UHGV virus genome: UHGV-0219331 | DNA from: a virus | Strand: one strand, 5' to 3' | DNA length: 46,153 bases | Shown here: piece after piece, positions 1 to 8,277 of the stretch | How positions within the stretch are numbered: the first letter of the stretch is position 1 | Layout: each line of letters starts with the position of its first letter | Notes under the pieces: model-generated | The model's database searches: none | What the model saw: the letters and a program-made list of their open reading frames with translations, nothing else | What the model was told of the DNA's origin: nothing | Made by a program: the position numbers and the translations under genes

Positions 1-589
1 CGAATGACTCCGGCAGGAACGTTGCTGGCTCCGGAGGAGGCGCAACTATCTCTTCTTTATTACTATTTAATTTACTTTCTTTTACTACAGGGTCATTTGC
101 AGCCGACATATCGCCATTTGTAGCCTGCGAATGGTCATTAGTTCCTGACATATCCTCAAAAAAGGGTACAAAAACCACACCTTTGCATTCATCATTTTGC
201 AAAAGCCACAGTTCCTTATATACGGTCTTGTCTCTTCTTCCTAAAGCGACAGTCCAATAACTCCTTTGGATACCTTTACTGGTTAAGACTCCCCACCTGT
301 CAAATACCCTTTTATCAAAGAGATTTATTTGCAGGCAGTAGCCCACTGCCTCACGGACAGTACCGGAACCTATGCCGCAGCCCATCTTCCTGGCGGTTGA
401 TGCACAATCGTCAAAGCCCCATCGGTAAAAATACCCTTCACTCCCAAATGCCCTTTGGCAGAGATAAAAGTATATGGAAAATCCTACCCATCCCTGCGCA
501 TCCAGGAGCTTATCAATTTTTGTATCACTGTCGAATATGTCAACTGACCAGCCGGCGTAATCAAGTTTCTTCTTTGCCTTGCCTGCCAT
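1..589 (-). CDS. Phage replisome organizer / DnaD-like N-terminal domain protein (3' end runs off window)
   Basis: Manual minus-strand translation from ATG at 589: MAGKAKKKLDYAGWSVDIFDSDTKIDKLLDAQGWVGFSIYFYLCQRAFGSEGYFYRWGFDD..., typical of phage replisome-organizer N-domains. The frame stays open to position 1. It lies in the same operon as RecT and the exonuclease. Confidence 0.5.
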   Translation of the reverse strand, partial: MAGKAKKKLDYAGWSVDIFDSDTKIDKLLDAQGWVGFSIYFYLCQRAFGSEGYFYRWGFDDCASTARKMGCGIGSGTVREAVGYCLQINLFDKRVFDRWGVLTSKGIQRSYWTVALGRRDKTVYKELWLLQNDECKGVVFVPFFEDMSGTNDHSQATNGDMSAANDPVVKESKLNSNKEEIVAPPPEPATFLPESF

Positions 590-721
590 GTTGCATTTCC
601 TTTCATTCATAAGTGGGAACGGGGCGGCGGTCAGAAAGCCATGATTGAGCCGCCCCTTGTAACACCTCCGGCATCCAATACCGTGACATATCAGCCTGGC
701 CGGAGGAGGTAAAGCACCTTA

Positions 722-1477
722 TTATCCTATGATTGTGATACGTCTGCTGATTTCCTCAGGCATTTCCATGATGGCATCCGCAAAGTACTTCTTAATGTTC
801 GCAACCGCCTCGTTCTTCCAGATGCCATTCTCCGCCTCGACAATCATGAAGGCCGGCTCATCCTTATCACCAATCCGGAACACAAACTTACTGGCAGGCT
901 GCGCAACCTCCTGGAACGTACGGTAAGGTATCAGTGTCACCGGGTTGGGGACAATCACATCAGCCTTGGCTGCCACACCCACGGTCATGGTGGCTACCTG
1001 GGACACGCCATCATCCGAATAGGACTGTTTATTCTTTCTCTCCACGTTCCCGGCCACTTTCATGATTAACTCCAGGTCCGGGCTGGGCTGGAAGTTGGCC
1101 TGTATCTCAATCATGAACTTCTCCTGGTCGTACCAATGACCAAACTGGAACTCGGAAGTCACCGCGCCCACTTCAATCAGGCATTCCCTGTTACGTTCCG
1201 CATCTAGTGAGGACATCAGCCTCACACGCTTCGGTCCCATGATATGGATGATCATATCCCTACCTTCCGGGAACTCCTGGCTACAGCTGCCTATGTAATC
1301 CACCATGGATGATAGGCTGTGGGTTTCGATTGCTTCTGCCCTCTCTGGCACATCATACCGTTTCAGGTTCTTGTTGGCATAGGTCCTGCCACATATTTCA
1401 ATCACCTCAGTCTTCTCATTTTCCCTTGCCAGTCCCTCTACATGTTCCAGCGCTTCTCTTAATCCTTCCATCATCAT
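722..1477 (-). CDS. Hypothetical phage early protein
   Basis: 251-aa ORF packed inside the minus-strand early operon. No recognisable motif. Confidence 0.45.
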   Translation of the reverse strand: MMMEGLREALEHVEGLARENEKTEVIEICGRTYANKNLKRYDVPERAEAIETHSLSSMVDYIGSCSQEFPEGRDMIIHIMGPKRVRLMSSLDAERNRECLIEVGAVTSEFQFGHWYDQEKFMIEIQANFQPSPDLELIMKVAGNVERKNKQSYSDDGVSQVATMTVGVAAKADVIVPNPVTLIPYRTFQEVAQPASKFVFRIGDKDEPAFMIVEAENGIWKNEAVANIKKYFADAIMEMPEEISRRITIIG

Positions 1478-1495
1478 ACTTATCTCCTTTTCTTT

Positions 1496-1930
1496 TTATT
1501 GGTTAGCCGCTGCCCTTAAATCAATAGGGCCTTTACGGGGTTCCTCATAAATTTCCCCAGTTGCTGGGTCAAATGTCTGTGCCGCTGGCTGCCGTACTTC
1601 CGTGTACGCCGCCGCTGGCGCCGCCGCAACAGATGTGACCTGCGGGCGGTCGCTCCCGTACTCGGACATCTCGATGCGTCCTGTGTTGATATCCTGCCCA
1701 ACCAGGAATACCGTCTGGGATTTCTGGAAGCCAGCCAGTTTGGTCTTAATATCAAACTCGATATCAATGGTCCCCCGGCTTCCTGGCTTGAATTTCAGGT
1801 TGATGGTCATCCCCCGTGCTGCTATTGGGTCCATGTTTGGGTCCAGGATATTCCGTCCTATCTGGGCCAGGGCCATTGTGAACTTTTCAGCCAGTTCCCC
1901 ACCGGCTATATTGTCAAATGTGATTGCCAC
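1496..1930 (-). CDS. Hypothetical phage protein (downstream of RecT)
   Basis: 144-aa ORF tightly spaced after the RecT stop. No family recognised. Confidence 0.45.
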   Translation of the reverse strand: MAITFDNIAGGELAEKFTMALAQIGRNILDPNMDPIAARGMTINLKFKPGSRGTIDIEFDIKTKLAGFQKSQTVFLVGQDINTGRIEMSEYGSDRPQVTSVAAAPAAAYTEVRQPAAQTFDPATGEIYEEPRKGPIDLRAAANQ

Positions 1931-1959
1931 TTACTCACCTCCTCCCACGCAAAGAATAT

Positions 1960-2854
1960 CTATGAAAAGAAATCATCAGCCACATTCCCTTCCGTCTGTG
2001 TCGGCGGTGCTTCCTGTGATGGTGTTTCCTGTTCCTGAAACTCTGGGTCCGGACTCTCTGCAGGCTGCTCTGCAGCAATGTTATCCACATCCGTCTCCAC
2101 ATACTCCTTGGTACCATCCGCATGGATGACAGCCATGTCCGCATCAATAGCCTGTATCAGGTCGATACTCATAATGCCCCACTTGCTGATAAGCTGCCGG
2201 AGCATCGTCTTATATGCCATTCCATCAAAATCCTTTGCCCAGAATGTCCACTGTGTCCCTTTTTCCAGGTCCTTCTTGTATCCTGGGCTATATTTCTTGG
2301 CATGGGCTACCATTTTTCCCTTGCTCCAGTACATAGCCTTTCGGAATCCGTTCAGATACTCAAACATAGCGTAATATCCAATGGTAGGGGACTGTTCCCT
2401 GGCTTCCTCATCCTCAATCAATTTGACTTCAATTTCCTCATTCAGGGGGTCAAACCGAAGCAGTTCCCCTTCCTTGATTGACATCACATTGAGTTTTTTA
2501 TACTGACCGCTTCGAAGGGCCAGCTGGATATATCCCTTATAGCCAAGCTGGAACTGCGCTTCCTTGGCTCCCTTGCTCCGGTTATCATATGGGACCATAT
2601 AATATTGCCCCAACTGTGGGCTTGGGGAAAGATTAAGTGATTCCCCCCAGAAGCGCAGCACTCAATATACTTGGATTCGTGCACTCCTGTAGCGCCGGGG
2701 TGGCCTGTACTGCAGAAATAATGCTGGAGATGAACCTCGTCCCATTCTTCCCACCGATTACACTGTTAATCTGATTCTTGACCGCATCCTGGGTAAGGTA
2801 TGCAGTCAGCCCCTGTTTCGGGGCCCTGCTGGCCAGACTGTTTCCTACTGCCAT
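1960..2854 (-). CDS. recT: RecT-family single-strand annealing protein, interrupted by a +1/-1 frameshift in a G6 run (the two ORFs are 2633..2854 and 1960..2661)
   Basis: The N-terminal ORF (MAVGNSLASRAPKQGLTAYLTQDAVKNQINSVIGGKNGTRFISSIISAV...) and the C-terminal ORF (…YMVPYDNRSKGAKEAQFQLGYKGYIQLALRSGQYK...) together make a ~295-aa RecT. The frames switch at homopolymer CCCCCC 2643-2648 (GGGGGG on the coding strand). Deleting one G gives a continuous ...AALLGESLNLSPSPQLGQYYMVPYDN... Confidence 0.7.
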
Positions 2855-2869
2855 GGTATTTTCCTCCTC

Positions 2870-3742
2870 TTATCGTTTCGGTACCGGCTCAAACCGGATG
2901 CCATTATTGTTTAAAAAGTCCTTAAGGGCCACTGCCTGTGACCGGGTCACGTACACCCGGAAATCAATCACATTGACCGGGTCCTCCACTGTTTCCGTTT
3001 TGGGCTGTGGTGCTGTCTGCACCGGCTTCCCTGCATTGATGACTTCCTGGGCCTCTGCCTTTATCCGGGCATCCCTCTCTGCCTTTATCCGGGCCTGCTC
3101 CGCTACATATTCCTGGCGCTTCTGCTCCGCGGCTTCCAGGCGGTTCCGCTCCGCCATCGCGGCGCCGATATCGTATGTCCGTAGGAATGCCTCCTTCATC
3201 TCCCCTGCATAAGGGCTGTCCACCTCATTCAGGATGGCCAGTCCCTCGTCCACTTTCTGGATAAGGGACAGGATTTCCTCCTTGATGGCTTTCATGGTTG
3301 TGGATGCCAGGGCATATTCCGGCTTCATCACGCGCTCAAAGGGCAGATACGTGATGATATCCTCATGGATGTTACTATCATAGAAATCCCTGACCTTGGC
3401 TGTCTTTTCCTCACGCTGGCGGCGCTCATAATCCTTGACCTGTCCGTCAATGTTATCAAGTGCCCTCTGGACAATCCCAATGATTTCCTGCACTTCTTTC
3501 CCAAACTGTTCATCCGGTTCCAGAAGCTTCTTGCGGATTTCTGTCCGCTTGCCTTTAAGGGCATCCACAAACTTATTAAGCCTGGCCCGGTCCGCCTTGG
3601 CCTGCTTGATTGTATCATCCGTATATACAGATACTGCATAGCTGTCAGCGGCGGCCACAACCTCTGTCTTCAGTTCCTCATAGTTCCATTCGATTTTCTG
3701 GACAAACCCGTCATCCTGCGGGTTGTATATCTTCAGTTCCAT
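2870..3742 (-). CDS. DUF1351-like phage protein (RecT-associated)
   Basis: 290 aa with a coiled-coil, charged C-terminal half. It lies directly upstream of recT, as is typical for DUF1351. Confidence 0.55.
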   Translation of the reverse strand: MELKIYNPQDDGFVQKIEWNYEELKTEVVAAADSYAVSVYTDDTIKQAKADRARLNKFVDALKGKRTEIRKKLLEPDEQFGKEVQEIIGIVQRALDNIDGQVKDYERRQREEKTAKVRDFYDSNIHEDIITYLPFERVMKPEYALASTTMKAIKEEILSLIQKVDEGLAILNEVDSPYAGEMKEAFLRTYDIGAAMAERNRLEAAEQKRQEYVAEQARIKAERDARIKAEAQEVINAGKPVQTAPQPKTETVEDPVNVIDFRVYVTRSQAVALKDFLNNNGIRFEPVPKR

Positions 3743-3750
3743 ATTGCCTC

Positions 3751-4026
3751 CTATTCCTCAAAAACAACGCCCATATCAGACAGGAACTCATAAATCTTAT
3801 CTTCAAGGGTCTGCTTATTCTGCATAGCCGACTGCTCTGCCTCTTCCTTACTACACTCAACAACAAATCCTTTCCTTTTAAGGCAGTCCGGGCATACATC
3901 AATGGTAATTCCGTTATATCCTACCCCCTTCATCCGGATTCCTTCTGACTGGATTGTTATCTTAGCCAGGTCATCCCGCCCCTTGCTCTGCTTACAGATA
4001 TCGCATGTATAAACTTCAGTCCTCAT
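3751..4026 (-). CDS. Small Cys4 zinc-finger protein
   Basis: CDIC...CPDC motifs, 91 aa. Confidence 0.4.
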   Translation of the reverse strand: MRTEVYTCDICKQSKGRDDLAKITIQSEGIRMKGVGYNGITIDVCPDCLKRKGFVVECSKEEAEQSAMQNKQTLEDKIYEFLSDMGVVFEE

Positions 4027-4034
4027 ATCCTCGC

Positions 4035-4688
4035 CTATATCGCCGGGAGAATCAAATCCGGCCTCCGCCCTGTGACCACGCAGTCCCAGAACCGCCTTTC
4101 GGCCTCAACCAGGTACTTGATATCCTCCTCAACGTCCTTTCTTTCAATTAAATAATGTTTTATTGTAATCCGCAGTTCCCCGCCCCAATCACTCTTTAAC
4201 TGGGCCTTAAGGACTGCAAAATCATATTCCGTCACGGCCAGGTAATGCAGGACCTGGCAGAAATAGTTATCCGGTATCCGGTCACGCCACTTCTCACGTT
4301 GCATACTCTGCAGGATGTTGGTGGTCTTAATCTCCAGGATTCCATGACGGCCATCGTTATCCACAAGTTCCCCGTCCAGGGAGGCGTGCATCCACGGATA
4401 GGCCGTGTTTATGAACATGTTATCCTCATCATAGGTCACCTGGTATTGTGGATAGTCCATGGCAAACAATGCCCTTAGGTGCTTCTCTGCTTCGGTCCCA
4501 TAGCGGACATAATCACGGTCGGAAATATCTTCTGGAATCACCAGTCCACGCTTCTCTTCCCACAGCTGCACATTATCCTTGTATGGATTCATCCCCACAC
4601 AGGCGCTGGCATCAGAACCGCCGATATGGCCTTTGCGTCCTTCCAGCCACTCTGCACGGCTCTTAAATATGTATTTGTTTACCGACAT
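4035..4688 (-). CDS. YqaJ-like viral recombinase-domain exonuclease (lambda Exo-like PD-(D/E)XK)
   Basis: IGGSDASACVG (YqaJ N-motif) and HGILEIKTT (catalytic E-x-K). Start placed at the internal MSVNKY... because the ORF-track N-extension looks spurious. Confidence 0.7.
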   Translation of the reverse strand: MSVNKYIFKSRAEWLEGRKGHIGGSDASACVGMNPYKDNVQLWEEKRGLVIPEDISDRDYVRYGTEAEKHLRALFAMDYPQYQVTYDEDNMFINTAYPWMHASLDGELVDNDGRHGILEIKTTNILQSMQREKWRDRIPDNYFCQVLHYLAVTEYDFAVLKAQLKSDWGGELRITIKHYLIERKDVEEDIKYLVEAERRFWDCVVTGRRPDLILPAI

Positions 4689-4848
4689 CCTGCCCACCTT
4701 CCCTTGCCATAATCCTCCCGCAGTAGGGACACGGTGTAATCTCCCCCAATAGGGACCAGGTCCGAAACCCACAGCTACAGTTAAGTACAAAAAACGGTGC
4801 CGTAATCTTTACCTGGCTGTCTGGGTACCGCTCTGGCCGGGGCATCAC
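4663..4848 (-). CDS. Small zinc-ribbon protein
   Basis: CSCG...CPYCG, 61 aa. Confidence 0.3.
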   Translation of the reverse strand: MMPRPERYPDSQVKITAPFFVLNCSCGFRTWSLLGEITPCPYCGRIMAREGGQDVGKQIHI

Positions 4849-5189
4849 ACCTTCTCCTTTTCCGCCAGGATTTCTTTGACATGGTCCATCATGTATTCAT
4901 TCGTTTCTTCTTTGACCAGTTTCTGGAACGTCATCATGGCCTTCAGGGTGGCATCTGCATTACCCTCGCAGTATTCCTTCAACATTGACATGATTGACTT
5001 CCCAAGGCACTCAATTACATAAGGGGGATTCATCCCCTCACCTATAATCGCGCACTGGGACAGGTGTCTGACTTGGCCGATGTTACTTTCCGCTTCATGG
5101 ATGCCAACTGCGAAAAGTAGCTTACATGGGTCTAACTCAGCATTAGTCTTAACTTCTCCGAAACTGCACTCGATTGTTCCTTTAACCAT
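4845..5189 (-). CDS. Hypothetical early protein
   Basis: 114 aa. RBS AGGAGGaaaaatcaATG upstream. Confidence 0.45.
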   Translation of the reverse strand: MVKGTIECSFGEVKTNAELDPCKLLFAVGIHEAESNIGQVRHLSQCAIIGEGMNPPYVIECLGKSIMSMLKEYCEGNADATLKAMMTFQKLVKEETNEYMMDHVKEILAEKEKV

Positions 5190-5313
5190 TGATTTTTCCT
5201 CCTGAATCCCTTATACTAAGGGTGATTAAATTTTATTAGTTTCCTTAATGCCGTTCGGTGCGCCAACACCTGCGGCATCTTTTTATTTCCGCGTTCATAG
5301 GCCCCACCTCCTC

Positions 5314-5511
5314 TCATATGATTATGTATCCGCCCCAGGTCAGTGCCAGCAGAACTGTGCTGATTACGGACGTAACCAATAATGCTGCATTCCATTTTCC
5401 CCTCTCCTTAAAGGCCCTGCGGCTCTCCCTAAGGCTACCTTTCAACCAGGCACATTTCTGCCTCAGTTCCTCATAGGTCGGCTCCTCCCGTGATGGCATC
5501 ACCTGTATCAT
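5314..5511 (-). CDS. Small membrane protein
   Basis: 65 aa with a C-terminal TM. Confidence 0.3.
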   Translation of the reverse strand: MIQVMPSREEPTYEELRQKCAWLKGSLRESRRAFKERGKWNAALLVTSVISTVLLALTWGGYIII

Positions 5512-5738
5512 TGCACTTGTCCTCCTTCTATTTCTTCAACAGCAGCGTCAATCTCTTTCATGGTTCTTCCCAGGTACTGGGCAACCAGATTCGTCTGTAT
5601 TACTATGTGCGCCCGCTTCCCATGCTTTTCGTAGATGCCTATGGGATACTTGCCAACCCTAACTTTCTCAATTAGGTAAGGCACATCAACGCCAAAGATT
5701 TTTGCTGCTGTTTTGGTTCTTATCCGGTTTGGACGCAT
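5508..5738 (-). CDS. Excisionase/MerR-like HTH DNA-binding protein
   Basis: AAKIFGVDVPYLIEKVRVGKYP is an HTH_17-like motif. It is the first gene of the leftward early operon after cro. Confidence 0.5.
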   Translation of the reverse strand: MRPNRIRTKTAAKIFGVDVPYLIEKVRVGKYPIGIYEKHGKRAHIVIQTNLVAQYLGRTMKEIDAAVEEIEGGQVQ

Positions 5739-5839
5739 CTCCTCTCACTCCTTTCTTACTATGTTGATTTTAATGCCTAGTTTACTGCTTTCCCTTCATG
5801 TGCTATACTTTTCTTAATTAATTGCAAAGGAGACCGGTT

Positions 5840-6181
5840 ATGAACCCACGCGATGAAAAAATCATTACTATAATTCATAAAAAACAACGATCTGACTATG
5901 AAAATTTTGTCCCCTTTGTCGTCATTCAACGCTCATTACCTTGGACAGATGGAACAGAACTCACAATTGATTTACTTAACCTGTCTGAACAGGGGTATCT
6001 GTGCGCAAAAAATCTTCCAACAGAATATTCTGGCTTTTGGTATGCTCTTACTGCTCAAGGAAATCGTGAATATGAACGCATTTTCTATGACAACACTGAA
6101 AAGAAAAAGAACCGAAATATACAAATTTTGAGTACTCTTATCGGTGTTGTTACAGGATTTCTCCTCGGAAAATTTTTTTAA
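5840..6181 (+). CDS. Hypothetical protein with C-terminal TM anchor (oppositely oriented moron)
   Basis: Start taken at the ATG 6 nt downstream of an AAAGGAGAccggtt RBS. AT-rich. Confidence 0.4.
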   Translation: MNPRDEKIITIIHKKQRSDYENFVPFVVIQRSLPWTDGTELTIDLLNLSEQGYLCAKNLPTEYSGFWYALTAQGNREYERIFYDNTEKKKNRNIQILSTLIGVVTGFLLGKFF

Positions 6182-6328
6182 AGCTTACTGGCAATTCCAA
6201 GTAACAAACCAATAATCACACTCAGTTCTGTAATTATGATTGTTGTTGAGTGATTTCTCATCCCTTCTTTTACTCCTTTTTTATTTGCTAACTTCCTCTG
6301 GTGTCATCCCCTCACTCCTTTAACGAAA

Positions 6329-6345
6329 ATTCAATTTAATTGGAT
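6329..6345. promoter_or_regulatory. Third copy of operator motif ATTCAatttaatTGGAT at the 3' end of the cro-like gene (OL-like?)
   Basis: Matches the extended consensus AAATTCAwTTTAwwTGGATTTTT shared with 6604-6629. Confidence 0.4.
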
Positions 6346-6566
6346 TTTTGGGGCAAAAAAATATAGTCTAATGGCATCTTGTAGAGTTCGCTCAGCTGCC
6401 TACTCTGCGACATTTTAGGCTCTGAGTTCCCTTTCTCCCAACTGACTATCGTCTGTTTTCCTACATTTAATGCCTTTGCTACTGCTTCTTGGGTCAATCC
6501 TGCATTTACTCTTGCGGCTGCTAAACTGATTTGAAACTCCGCCAACTTAATCACCTCACTTTCCAT
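6336..6566 (-). CDS. Cro-like XRE-family HTH regulator
   Basis: LTQEAVAKALNVGKQTIVSWEKG is an XRE HTH. It is divergent from the CI-like repressor and is served by the perfect promoter TTGACA-17-TATAAT. Confidence 0.7.
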   Translation of the reverse strand: MESEVIKLAEFQISLAAARVNAGLTQEAVAKALNVGKQTIVSWEKGNSEPKMSQSRQLSELYKMPLDYIFLPQKSN

Positions 6567-6571
6567 AGTGC

Positions 6572-6666
6572 CATTATAAATTCATTTTAATTGAATGTCA
6601 ATACTAAAATTCATTTTATATGGATTTTTAGTTGAAATTTATTTATTTTTATTGTATCATATAAGC
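6572..6666. promoter_or_regulatory. Cro/CI divergent switch: P(cro) TTGACA(6600-6595)-17-TATAAT(6577-6572) on the minus strand, P(cI) TTGAAA(6632-6637)-17-TATCAT on the plus strand, operators ATTCA-N7-TGRAT at 6579-6595 and 6608-6624
   Basis: Read directly. The operator palindrome sits in the spacer of the cro promoter. Confidence 0.6.
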
Positions 6667-6681
6667 ATGGAGGTACTTAAT

Positions 6682-7320
6682 ATGCCGGATGAAGAACAAA
6701 AAAAAATATTTGCAAAAAACTTAAATAGGTATCTATCCTTATCCAATAAAACACAAAAAGAAGTTGCCGATGCTATCGGTGTAATACCAAGTACGTTTAA
6801 TACTTGGTGTCAAGGTATAGCCTTGCCAAGGATGGGAAAAGTACAGGTCTTAGCTGACTATTTTGGTATAAATAAAACCGACTTAATTGATGAAAAATCT
6901 CCAATATCCATAAGTTCAAACAAAGGAATCATCATCAAGGTCCTCGGCTCCGTAGCGGCCGGCATCCCAATCAGCGCCGTTGAGGATATCATAGACGAAG
7001 AGGAAGTCACTGAAGACATGGCCCGCCAGGGAAATCTGTTTGGCCTGCGCATCAAAGGACATTCTATGGAGCCAAACATCTGTGATGGAGATACAGTCAT
7101 AGTCAAGGAGCAGCCTGATGCCGAAAATGGTGAGACTGTGGTTGTTCTAATCAATGGGGATGAGGCTACCTGCAAAAAAATATATAAGTATGAGGATGGG
7201 AGTATTCGTCTGGTACCAAACAATCCAGCATTCTCCCCCAAATTATATACACTGGATGAAATCAGTACATTACCAGTGACAATCGTTGGAAAGGTGATTG
7301 AGTTACGAAGGAAATTCTAA
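6682..7320 (+). CDS. CI-like prophage repressor (N-terminal HTH plus C-terminal S24 LexA-type peptidase)
   Basis: GGAGGtacttaatATG RBS. HTH QKEVADAIGVIPSTFNTWCQG. S24 Ser motif KGHSMEP and Lys motif ATCKKI. Confidence 0.8.
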   Translation: MPDEEQKKIFAKNLNRYLSLSNKTQKEVADAIGVIPSTFNTWCQGIALPRMGKVQVLADYFGINKTDLIDEKSPISISSNKGIIIKVLGSVAAGIPISAVEDIIDEEEVTEDMARQGNLFGLRIKGHSMEPNICDGDTVIVKEQPDAENGETVVVLINGDEATCKKIYKYEDGSIRLVPNNPAFSPKLYTLDEISTLPVTIVGKVIELRRKF

Positions 7321-7375
7321 ATATATAAAAAGCAATTGCTTTATATAAAAATTATTTACCGAGGAGGATAAAACT

Positions 7376-8086
7376 ATGGCACTAATCAAATGCCCAGAGT
7401 GTGGAAAAGAAATCAGTGATAAGGCAGCAACCTGTCCGAATTGTGGATGCCCAACAAATGAATCACCGAATAATGCCCAGACTCCACCATTAACAAATAC
7501 ATCGTCACCAACTGTGGCCAGAAAGAAGAAGGGGCATGGATGTCTTTTCTGTATTATTACTTTCTTTGCTCTATCAGCCTTTGTTGGGTTTTGGGCTTCC
7601 AAAGATAGTTCAACTGTTAAAAATGACAATGTAATTGAGTTCACTAAAGAAGATGCTGCAGACATAGACGATAAAGTCTGGGAAAACGTTGAGATTGCTA
7701 TCAAGGCAAATAATGTGATAGTAAATAATTTTGACAAGGCTCTATCTGGAGAAATATCCCTTGTAGACTATTATGATTCCTGTAAGGAGGCCTCAAAAGT
7801 TTTAGGCGGAAACTCAACCAAATTTCCTAAGTCAGACAATGACGGCGCCAAATCCTATATCCAGTCATCTACGCAATACGTTATACAGGTTCAAATTCTA
7901 TCTGATTCTGTAATAAAATACATTGACAAAGCAGAAACCAAAAATCTTTCAGCCGTTAAATCTAATATTGAACAGTGTTCTGAGTTAATAGCTGTCGTGG
8001 CTCAAAATCGGGGTGTGTTTTTAAGTACAAATGGCTTTACGGATGAAGAAATCAAGGAACGCGCTGAACAAATCTCTGTTGAATAA
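7376..8086 (+). CDS. Zinc-ribbon membrane protein (lysogeny-expressed moron, possible superinfection exclusion)
   Basis: RBS GAGGAGGataaaactATG. N-terminal CPECG...CPNCG ribbon, one TM (LFCIITFFALSAFVGFW) and a ~170-aa extracytoplasmic domain. Confidence 0.55.
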   Translation: MALIKCPECGKEISDKAATCPNCGCPTNESPNNAQTPPLTNTSSPTVARKKKGHGCLFCIITFFALSAFVGFWASKDSSTVKNDNVIEFTKEDAADIDDKVWENVEIAIKANNVIVNNFDKALSGEISLVDYYDSCKEASKVLGGNSTKFPKSDNDGAKSYIQSSTQYVIQVQILSDSVIKYIDKAETKNLSAVKSNIEQCSELIAVVAQNRGVFLSTNGFTDEEIKERAEQISVE

Positions 8087-8277
8087 TTAAATATCAAAAA
8101 GCCCCTGTGCTACCAACACAAGAGCTTTTAATGATACTATTGCCGGGCTGGAGCCACGGTATAATATCGGCCTCAACAACCATATTATATCATCTGGCAC
8201 CCATTCTGGCAATGGGTGTCTTTTTTATGCCCATTTTTAAGGACCGTTGCGATATCGCAACAGAAAGGATGATATAT

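Noticed and set aside
397-612. 71-aa plus-strand ORF
   Set aside because: It overlaps the replisome-organizer gene on the opposite strand and has no RBS.
4689-4790. N-terminal extension of the YqaJ exonuclease ORF (MYLTVAVGFGPGPYWGRLH...)
   Set aside because: The extension is Gly/Pro-rich, and the conserved domain begins at the internal MSVNKY. An internal start was chosen.
8107-8277. Upstream extension of the integrase ORF (MLPTQELLMILLPGW...)
   Set aside because: An ATG at 8278 (or 8269) preceded by GAAAGG, together with the paralogous MALI(K/Q)CPEC start of the neighbouring gene, indicates the true N-terminus. The extension also contains the 16-bp palindrome.
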